This document shows positions 52,900-64,000 of a stretch of DNA of 64,000 nt, piece after piece. A program made the translations under genes and the position numbers. This DNA comes from the human T2T-CHM13v2.0 reference genome, Homo sapiens. The stretch's first letter is position 1; each line of letters begins with the position of its first letter. The notes under the pieces were generated by a model. It saw only the letters and a list, made by a program, of their open reading frames with translations, made no database searches and was not told the origin of the DNA. The DNA lies in NCBI RefSeq assembly GCF_009914755.1, contig NC_060926.1, one strand, 5' to 3'.

Positions 52900-53515
52900 C
52901 AGACAGTCCCTGAATCATGATGGATCCACTTATGATTTTTTTTAACTTACAATGGTGTAAAAGCGATATGCTTTTAGTACAGTATTCAATAAATTGTGTG
53001 AGATATGAAATAGGCTCTTTGTGGGCCGGGTGTGGTGGCTCATGCCTGTAATCCCAGCACTTTGGGAGGCTTTGGCAGGCAGATCACCTGAGGTCGGGAG
53101 TTCGAGACCAGGCTGACCAACATGGAGAAACCCCATCTCTACAAAAAAATACAAAATTAGCTGGGCGTGGTGGCACATGACTGTAATCCCAGCTACTCAG
53201 GAGGCTGAGGCAGGAGAATCACTTGAACCCAGGAGGTGGAGGTTGCGGTGAGCCAAGATCATGCCATTGCACCCCAGCCTCGGGAAGAAGAGCAAAACTC
53301 TGTCTCTAAATAAATAAATAAATAAATGGGATTTCTGTTACATGATCCTGCCTAATTGTAGACTAATATAAATACTCTGAGTATGTTTAATTTGGTTAGG
53401 CTAAGCTATAATGTTCGGTAGGTTAAGTGTATTAAATTTATTTTTGACTTAAAATATTTTCAACTTACAGTGGGTTTATTGGGCTGTAACCCCACTGTAA
53501 GTTGAGGAGCATCTG
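52900..53515 (-). mobile_element. MER47A (Tigger derivative) interrupted by AluSp
   Basis: Termini CAGACAGTCCC and GTAAGTTGAGGAGCATCTG; internal GGCTAAGCTATAATGTTCGGTAGGTTAAG. Confidence 0.88.
53024..53326 (+). mobile_element. AluSp
   Basis: GGTCGGGAGTTCGAGACC, TGACCAACATGGAGAAACC, GGTTGCGGTGAG, AAGAGCAAAACTC diagnostics; (TAAA)n tail. Confidence 0.92.
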
Positions 53516-53662
53516 CACAGAGAAATCCCTCCGCCCTTCACAAAATTTCTCCAATGAAAACTTCTTGCATAACTCTAGTATAATATCATAGCAGGAGAAT
53601 TAACCTTGGTACAATCCACTGATTTATTCAGATTTCACAGTTTTATGTGCACTTATTTGTAG

Positions 53663-53696
<34 letters not shown>

Positions 53697-54035
53697 CTTT
53701 GTCACATAGGGCTATTTTTGAAATTGCCACCACAGTCAGGATGTAAGATTTCAATGTTTTTTAAGCTATCAGTGATCATCCTGACAAGTTAGTTCATCAA
53801 AGAAACTAACTTAACAGAAATGAACTAACTTAATAAAGATGTATTAATGTTAACAAAAATGTATTAATGATAAAATGTATTAATGATAAACAGAGAGAAA
53901 AACAGATAAAATTTTAAAAGCACTGACTTAGAGTTGCCCGAGTTAAAGGACCACTAAGGCTTGTGGGTTGAGCCTTTCTCATGACCACTCCCCTTTCCAA
54001 TGAATCCCCACAATGTGAAAGGTTCTATTCCTTGG

Positions 54036-54376
54036 TGATATGGTTTTGCTGTGTCACCTTGAATTGGAATAATCCCCATGTGTCAAGGGTGGGTTGAATG
54101 CAGATAATTGAATCATGGGGGTGGTTTCCCCCATACCATTCTCATGGTAGAGAGTAAGTCTCCTGAGACCTGACGGTTTTACAAATGGGAGTTCCACTGC
54201 ACAAGCCCTCTTGCCTGCTGCCATATAAAACATTCCTTTGCTTCTCCTTCGCCATCCACCATGATTGTGAGGCCTCCCCAGCCATGCAGAACTGTGAGTC
54301 CATTAAACCTCTTTCCTTTATAAATTACTCAGTCTCAGGTATGTCTTTATTAGCAGCATGAAAATAGACTAATACC
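54036..54376 (+). mobile_element. THE1 (C-like) solo LTR
   Basis: TGATATGGTTTTG...GACTAATAC; perfect TSD CTTGG. Confidence 0.92.
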
Positions 54377-55298
54377 CTTGGTTTGCAGAGATTCCCAACT
54401 TTTTAATAGCTTGCATTTTATTTTTCCTTATTCAAGTCTGAACTTCATTGGCACATTGAACCATATGCCAGATAAAATTGTTTACCCACCAATATGCGCC
54501 TTTATACCTATTAAGAAAGCTAGCTCTCTCTATTCACTGATTTTGCCTTTGAACATTTTTAGCATCATATACATCATAGGTGAAATTAATCATAGCATCA
54601 TCTAGTACCATACAAAGGTTTGCATATGAAACTCTACTCTGCAAGTGCGTACTAGTACCTTTTGGACTCCTAGCTTATTCATCTCTAATATTGTGATAAT
54701 TTTGTAACTATTCTAATTTATGAAAATAAATGCATGAAAATTGCCTAGGATAGTGCCTTGCATGTAGAAATCCATAATAAACATTTGTCCCTTTTCTGCC
54801 ATCTTAAACACACACACACGTACACACATGCACACACAAAGTAAGAGAGAAGAAAAGAAGAAAAGACTCAGCTTATAGGTTAAATATCATTTTGGAGCAA
54901 AGCCGAAAAGGCAGAAAGAAATCACCATATCCTCAATAATCAAGTGTAGAGCTGGTTTAGACAAGCACTGATGGTATTACTAAAAAGAAAATGACCTAGT
55001 ATAGTTTGTACTCTTTGTGGCCTCCGTCAAGACAGCTCATCAGGATGAACTGTGCAATCTGCATGCACGGTATCACCCTGCCCTTCATATCCTATGGATA
55101 GCCCATTGCTGTCATGCTTGAACCCTGGGATTTCCTTGTAAGCCCTCAAATTTTCCAGGCAGATTCCTGCCTCAGGAATTAGTATTGTTTTCTTCTCTAA
55201 TTAAATGCTCCTCTCCATGTAGTAGGCTAATCATTCACGTGCTTTAGAGCTTTGCTCAAATTGCTGCCTTTGTAGTTAGGCTTTTCTCGGACACACTA

Positions 55299-57013
<1,715 letters not shown>

Positions 57014-57046
57014 AAAAAGTAAACTCTCAATCACTACTATTCGTGG

Positions 57047-57415
57047 TGTATTGGTCCATTTTCACAGTGCTATAAGGAACTATCTGAGACTGGGTAATAC
57101 AAAAAGATAAGAGATTTAATTGACTCATAGTTCCACATGGCTGTGGAAGCCTCAGGAAACTTACAATCGTGACGGAAGGTAAAGGGGAAGCAAGGCATGT
57201 CTTACATAGCAGCAGGAGAGAGAGAACAAGTGAAGGGGGAAGCTGCACACTTTTAAACAACTAGATTTCATGAGAATTCATTCACCATCAGGAGACTAGC
57301 AAGGGGGAAGTCCACCCCCATGATTCAATCACCTCCCACCAGGCCCCTCCTCTGACACATGAGGACTACTATCCTAGATGAGATTTGGGTGGGGACACAG
57401 AGCCAAACCATATCA
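57047..57415 (-). mobile_element. THE1D/MSTA-like solo LTR
   Basis: TGTATTGGTCC...GAGCCAAACCATATCA; TSD CGTGG/CCTGG. Confidence 0.9.
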
Positions 57416-57794
57416 CCTGGGAATCCTCATCATGGGGAATCATTTTCCATAATTCTTATTGCAATCTGACATTCTAATATATATGCCTGTCTCCTCCCTT
57501 GAATCCTAATTAGAATGTTCAGCTCCACAGGCTTAATAGAAGCTCCATAAAATATTGACTGAATAAATGAATGAATTATAACTCACAGATAAGAGAAGAC
57601 AAAACGGTTGAGCAGTAAAATACTAAGAAGTTAGAGGAAAGAAGTTATTGGAAAATGTTTATCAATACAACGTACACAATTGCTCGATGCCCATAGTTTT
57701 TTCCCAGTGGAAGATAGCTCTGGAGATTATTTCCTCTGCCCAAATGGGTAGAAGCACTTTCAAGCCCGATACAATCACCCTCCACTTTCCCTTC

Positions 57795-57920
57795 TAGGGT
57801 GACCAACTCAGCCAGGTTTGGCATGGACTTTCCCAGTTTTAGCGCTGAAAGTCCTTCATCCAAACTAATATTCCACAATCTCCTTCAGTTCCAGGAAACC
57901 TGGAATAGTTGGCCACCTTA
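57795..57920. mobile_element. MER81/MER94-like hAT-Blackjack MITE
   Basis: TIRs TAGGGTGACCAACT / AGTTGGCCACCTTA; internal GTTTTAGCGCTGAAAGTCC. Confidence 0.8.
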
Positions 57921-58642
57921 CATCCAACCCATCAACAAGTCTATCAATATTACCTTGCTAATGCCTCTTGAATCCATCCAGTTTTGTCGATCTCCTTGTT
58001 TCTATCCTAGTTCTACCTATCATCCCTTCTCAGAATGGGTCATAAATAGCCTCCTACTTGATCTAAGCAGAGGCACCTTGAATATCCTCTAATTTCTTGC
58101 ACTGCCCAGCATAAAACTGTATTGAAGCACGCTACTTCCCCTGCTAGAAACTCTTGAATGAATGTCCTATTGCTCTCAGAATAGTGGAACTTAATATGGA
58201 CTTGTAGGATCTGGTCCCCAGCTTCTCCTCCAGCCTTGTCCTATACCCTTGTTTTCACTCCAGGCTACTCTCAGGCCCTCATCCTCATCACACTCCCTTC
58301 TACCACAGGGCTTTGGCACATGTCCTGCCCCATGTGCATAATGTTCATTTCCCTCCACTTAGCCTTATCCCTTCTTCTCACCTTTCAGACCTACTTCAAA
58401 CATTCTTAACTCGGGGAAATACAGCCGGACTTTCTGATTTGGCAGATTGTCCAAATGTAAAGCCATGGACTTTTTTTTTCTGATATCTATTGTCGCAGTC
58501 ACAATTTATCCATTTTTGTATGATTATTTGACTAATATCTGTCTCCTCTACTAGATTTTAAGCCCCACTCTTGAGATGCCTATATTCATCTCCCTTGACA
58601 CAGAGTAGGCTCCTGAAACATTTTTGAATACATAAATGAATT
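57921..58642 (+). mobile_element. L2 LINE 3' region
   Basis: Pyrimidine-rich L2 body (CAGGGCTTTGGCACATG) ending ACAGAGTAGG...TTTTGAATACATAAATGAAT. Confidence 0.7.
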
Positions 58643-59044
58643 AAGGAAGCAAGCACACCAAAGCAATGTGAACAAAATATAAAGCCCCATAAACATGTAA
58701 AGAGACAAAATATCTCTGGGCATAAGTAAGTAGCCTCAGGCATTTAGCAGAAGGTGTATCAGCAAAATTCCCACATATCTCAGCAATAAAATTGTTACAG
58801 ACTTTATAGTAGTGAAGAGGTAAAGAATAAGAATTATCTACAACTAACAAAGTTGTGTAAGGGAAAAACTGCTTGCCATATACAGACTAAAATAAATAGC
58901 AGCTGAACTATGGAGAGAGAGAGAAACAAAAAGATAGAGACAAACAGACTTTGATTTTCTGGATAATTAATTACAGATCATTTTCTTAGACACATTGTAT
59001 TAACAAATTAACCAGTTTCTGAGTGAGAGTAATTTAAATGATAA

Positions 59045-59385
59045 TGACACACCTCCTGGTGTTATCCTCTTGCCTCGAGTATGGGTGAGACCTGTCACTT
59101 GCTTCTAACCAATAGATTATAGGAAAGGTGAAAGAGTTTTGCAGATGAAATTAGGGTCCTAAATCAGTTGACTTTCAGTTAATCAAAAAGGAGATTATAT
59201 TAGGTGAACCCCACTCCTCAATCAGGTGAGTCCTTTAAAAGAGGGTCTAGAGGTTGTACATAGAAGTAGACATATTCTGCCGCTGGCCTTGCGGAAACAA
59301 ACTGCCATGTAATTGCTTATGGGGAGGGTTTCGTGGCAGGCAACTGCAAGTGGCTTCTAGCTGCTAGGAGTCTCAGTCTTACAAC
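59045..59385 (+). mobile_element. MLT1E-family LTR fragment
   Basis: TTTTGCAGATGAAATTAGGGTCCTAAATCAGTTGACTTTCAGTTAATCAAAAAGGAGATTAT. Confidence 0.75.
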
Positions 59386-59408
59386 AAATTGCTAATCAGC
59401 ATGATTAT

Positions 59409-59493
59409 TTGTTATTGAACTCTATGAAATTACCATTATTTTATGCGTCAAAAAATGGTCAAACATCCAAAAGTCTGTAGGATTAAACTCATG
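59409..59493. mobile_element. MADE2-like MITE (diverged)
   Basis: TTGAACTCTATGAAATTACC...GTCAAAAAATGGTCAAACATC. Confidence 0.6.
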
Positions 59494-59524
59494 TACACAA
59501 AGAATTCTATATTGCAGCATGAGA

Positions 59525-59700
59525 AATAATAACACACTTCATGGCTTAACCTAGCATCCATGTATTATATCACTGTATCTACAGGTCAGAAGTCCAGGCA
59601 CAGTTCCACTGGGTTCTCTGCTCAGGGTCTCACGGGCTGAAATCAAGGTATCAACTTGGGGGAGTTCCTCACCTGGAGCTCAGGACCCTCTCTCATCTCA
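59525..59700 (-). mobile_element. MLT1 LTR fragment
   Basis: GGTCAGAAGTCCAGGCACAG...CTCTGCTCAGGGTCTCACGGGCTGAAATCAAGGT. Confidence 0.7.
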
Positions 59701-60654
59701 CATGAATCTGTTTTTGATTACCATCCTAGTAATTTTTAACATTTTATTTTCTTTATTAAGCATTTAGAAAACCACATTAGATAGAAATATGAATTAAAAG
59801 GACTTTGTCTGATTATAATACATGATATTATGTTAATTTAACCTAAAGAGGCCAGGTAAATAGCATCCATTAACGAAAAGTGCCTTAAGATGCATTCCAA
59901 TAGAAATCAATCATTTGCTATCTAATGGCATTGGCTATTTAATAAAGATTCTGGGAAAACTGATTGGATCATTTTATAAAGTAGCTGAATCCCTCTGGGC
60001 AAAAGAACAAGCTATAATAATATCTTTGCTATTATCTGGAAGACATTCTGATACATGAATATCAACAATTTAACTTCTCTCCACCCCCTTATTGTTTTGC
60101 ATAAAAATTTAAATTTACTGTATTTTATAGATGGTTAGAGAACTAAACTGAAGGCAGCTACCTGTCAAAAGTCATGTGCTTCACTGACCCTTTACACAAG
60201 GGTAACATGTTTTTATATCAATGTACATGCCATGAACACAGCTAACCTAAAGTGTATGTCAATAAGAAAGAAGATAAGAAATGCTCTTAGTGGTTGCTTC
60301 AGCATCTGGCAGAAAAATACCACTTATCATGATGTTTCAAGTTAATTTGTTTTTTTTTTTTGAAGTATTCTTTGACATTATATATAAAACATGTGAAAGG
60401 AAACTGATTGCTTAGTAAGGGTAGCTATATCTCCGCTATAGAAGTAATTTAGTTTTGATTCCTTTTTAGGCAAGCATTCAGGAAGGCATTCACATGTAAA
60501 ACAAACTTAATTACTTTAAAAAAGCGTAGTAAAATATTGTGGAAAAATAGAGATCATTAGTTTTATGTGGAAACTTAGAATTTTCTCTTATTCCAGAAAA
60601 GCACACTGAAAAAATAGATTCTCCATTTATTTTCATTTTGTTTCATTTCATCCC

Positions 60655-60780
60655 CTTTCCTTCCTTCCTTCCTTCCTTCCTTCCTTCCTTCCTTCCTTCC
60701 TTCCTTCCTCCCTCCCTTCCTTCTTTCCTTCCTCCCTTCCTTCCTCACTTCCTTTCTTCCTTCTTTCCAACTTTCCTTCC
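60655..60780. repeat. (TTCC)n microsatellite at the tail of an antisense L2 fragment
   Basis: About 12 perfect TTCC units then degenerate; followed by ACAAATGTTTGTTGAGTCCCTACTACGTGCCAG. Confidence 0.93.
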
Positions 60781-61142
60781 ACAAATGTTTGTTGAGTCCC
60801 TACTACGTGCCAGTGTCCTGGAGACACAGTGAACAAAACAGACATGATTCTTGCCCTCATATTAGGGAAGACTGTTTAAAACAATAAATATGTAACATTG
60901 AAAACAAATAATATGAAGAAAAACTTTTGCAGTTAAGGGGGTTAGGCTGATGGGGGTGGCTACTTTAGATACTGAAAGAAATACCTGTTGGAACATTCTG
61001 GGGATCAAGTGAAGTGTGCATACTCACTTTGGTTTTCCTAATATACTGAGCACAGGAAAGGTGAGCTCCTTCTCTGTCCTACGCTAGGAATAATGACTTC
61101 TCCCTTCCCAGCTTCTCAGGCTCCCCTTTGCTCATTCTAGAG

Positions 61143-61361
61143 CAAGCTTGTCCAACCCATGACCCACGGGTTTCATAGAGCCCAGGACAGCTTTGAATGA
61201 AGCCCAACAAAAATTCATACACTTTCTTGAAACACTAAGAGCTTTTCTTGAAATTTTTAAAAGCTCATCAGCTTTCGTTAGTGTTAGTATGTTTTATGTG
61301 TGGCCCAAGACAATTCTTCTTCCAGTGTGGGGCAAGAAAGCCAACAGACTGGACATCTGTA
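61143..61361 (-). mobile_element. MER30 (hAT-Charlie)
   Basis: CAAGCTTGTCCAACCC...GTGGCCCAAGACAATTCTTCTTCC...TGGACA; 8-bp TSD TTCTAGAG/TTCTACAG. Confidence 0.9.
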
Positions 61362-62708
61362 TTCTACAGTAAGAAGCCTTGAATTTGCAGAGAACCAAAA
61401 GCAGCCCTGTGCCACCAGCTGATGTTCTAAGAGTCTCTCCTTGCCTAGGTGTAGTTGACTAGGGTAAAACATTTACAAAATTTTCTCATGAAGGGCACAA
61501 GAGATGATGCAGAGATGGTGCTAAAAAGCATAGTTTACAATAGCCAGTGAGAGTGCCTGGTGAGAAGGAATATTACAGGAGGGCATTTGGAGGGGGCACA
61601 GGAGGACTCGGGGTCGAGAAAGAAATGGGAAAGGATCTCAGAGGCTAAATTTCCATATTTTGCACTGCAGCTGGCTGGTGGTAATAGTGTTTTTAATCTC
61701 CAAAAATGATCACAGGTTGTCCTGCTACACGTGAAGCCTTAAAGTGTGCACACATGAAGTCATGTTAATGAAATTTATCTAACTGGGGCATCCATGACTA
61801 ACCATATTTTGAAAACTTGATCAGCTTGGAAAGAGCATTAACTTTTCAGCTACAGGAAATGTGGTATAAGTTCCAGTTCTATGATTTATACACTCTGTGA
61901 TCTTGGACAACCTCTCACTTTAATCTTAGTTACTCAGTATTTCAATATGCATGGCTACTATATTTTCAAGGTGGAGTGGACCTTTTATCGGTATAGGTAA
62001 GCCCTGTGGTGATTGAATATATTCTTTCCCTAATTTTTACCGTGACATGTTTATTTTACTTCATTTTTTCCTTTCTATGCCTGTAGTGTCTTATTTAACT
62101 CATCATTTCTTCTATTTCTGGACCATGTTGGATTAGCTATATTTCTTATAAATAGTAACTGGGAATTTTGCCTTATGATTGAATTTGAGTGTTTCTAACT
62201 TTTAAAATAAAGTTTGAACAAACCAAAGGGGTTATACGGGAATATTTTAAATCATAATACATCTGGTCATTTTTTAAGGCTCATTCCATTTTGTTATTGT
62301 TTCTTTGTCATTTACTTTTTGTTCTTTTCTCATTTTTCTATTTCTATATCACTCAAATTCTAACTTTTGCTTTGTTACAGTGTTGTTCAAATTTATCTTT
62401 TCATCCTCATGTAGTAAAGATAGTATGACTTTTTGTGTGAAGTGTTACTTTTCTACTGGACTCTTGTAGAAGGCTTGTTTCATACTGAAAAAAAAAACCA
62501 GAACAGATTCTTAGATGTTTAATTTCCAATTAATCACAATAGGGTATTAGAAAGTTTGAACTTTAATCTTTAAGGATGAGTGATTTATATTTGGTGACTT
62601 GTAAGACATCAAGTGTAGCAATCTTTGACTTAAATATGACAATATAATATAAATTCTGATTAAAATTTTGCAACCTTCTTTAATACCTTCTTACATATAA
62701 TCTACTTT

Positions 62709-62870
62709 TATTTTATGTGATTTTTTTAGGGATGGGGTCTCGCTATATTGCCCAGGCTGGAGTGTAGTAGCTACTCATAGGCATGAATATAGTGCACTGC
62801 AGCTCAGGATTGCCTGAGCCTAAGATTCCCAGGTAGCTGGGACTACAGGTATGTGTCACCATGCCCAGTC
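62709..62870 (-). mobile_element. FAM (fossil Alu monomer)
   Basis: Keeps the 7SL-derived segment (reverse complement GCCTATGAGTAGCTACTACACTCC) absent from dimeric Alu; TSD TATAATCTACTTT/TATAGTCTACTTT. Confidence 0.85.
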
Positions 62871-64000
62871 CTATAGTCTACTTTGTAATGGTATTTTACT
62901 TAGTTTATTATGATATTTCATGTCCTAGGAAGTGTGAGATAAGGTATTCATATTTTTCCCTTAAAATGTGCCATATTTTCCATGTGGTTCTTTAATAATG
63001 TGCTTTCTTTTTCATATGCTTCTTAAATCTATATTTTTAATTTATATAACCTTTTGGTTATCAATAAAAAGCAGTATGAGAAAAGCATTAAAGAAATGAC
63101 AAATTAGATATAGGTTACTGTGGATATTTTCTTTTCCTCTTGACAGCTCAAAATCACAAAGACAATTTTCCGAGGTTAAAAAATGGGTCCATTTTAAACT
63201 GGAATTGCGTTCATCATTGGTGTCACAGTTGGCAATGGAGTGTGACGGGCGGCTGTTAACTCTAGCAACTTGTCATGTGCCAGCTGTTTTGTCACAACTC
63301 AAAGGGCCCACAGGCAAATTCTAAGCTGAAACAATTAAATGACAAACAGAATCATATAAAAATAAGACTGAAAACCAGAAGACCTTCAAGTTTCAGCAAT
63401 CAACAGAGAAGGTAAACTTTTATGGGGAAGTGGTCACCTCAGAAGAGGTGAAGACTTATTTGCCTTCAGTGTCTTTAAAGAACAAAACCAAACACTGCAA
63501 TTTTTCATGACAGTCTCTTGATTTAATTCACAAAATTCTTAGTCTAATAAATCTATTGTTCTTTGAAAATCTTATAACCAGAATGCTACAGTACAACAAG
63601 ATTATTTCAAAGATATTTGTTAAAATGCAATTTCCCAAGAGAAACACCTAAATTATAGTCACAATGTAGTCAGCACTCCTTAAGAATTTTAAGATTAGCA
63701 CATAAAAAACTGGGAAGATTTTCAGGGCATATTCTTGGACATCATACTTTCAACACCATTCATATTCTAATACAAGTATTATCACTTCAGAAAATATGAA
63801 GAAGTGATTTTCTAGTTCTTCCCCTTACTTAAATATTTGAAACAAATGGACTCAGCATCATTTGGTGGGGCATTCACCACTAGTTGACTCCTACATCAAC
63901 TGGCTGAGAGCGTAAGTGATACTTAACAGCTCAAGGTAAAGGATTAAGAAGCAGGGAAGAAATTTCCCACCCGCAAGGGGTTTCAGAATACCCTGGGACC

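Larger units (their letters stand above)
52848..53740 (-). mobile_element. L1MC4-like 3' end hosting MER47A
   Basis: Resembles the 3' end at 31795; contains (TG)n at 53666-53694. Confidence 0.6.

Noticed and set aside
60575-60860. Repetitive GRKE/PSFL ORFs
   Set aside because: Translations of the (TTCC)n microsatellite.

Overview
AT-rich, repeat-dense primate genomic DNA, most likely from an African great ape (Homininae), judged from L1PA2-type LINE-1 3' ends and an AluY. I see no host protein-coding exon, RNA gene, CpG island or CRISPR array. The longer ORFs in the track are LINE-1, Tigger or mariner remnants; most short ones are chance frames in repeats. Main contents: (1) a complete HSMAR2 mariner split by a full-length L1PA8-like element and by a second ~57-bp L1; (2) a near full-length Tigger1; (3) a ~15-kb block of two ancient L1M elements set head-to-head with many nested insertions; (4) many solo LTRs (THE1, MST, MLT1/2, MER54, ERV1); (5) three young L1PA2-type insertions. 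Two of these are ~99% identical and share substitutions I do not recall from the human L1HS/L1PA2 consensus. One is a twin-primed inversion-duplication and one has essentially no TSD. There are also several ultra-short TPRT footprints and a microhomology-bounded inversion. I found no convincing new biological system; the interest is in retrotransposition mechanism and a possible lineage-specific L1 subfamily. Repeat subfamily names come from remembered consensus sequences and need RepeatMasker/Dfam confirmation.
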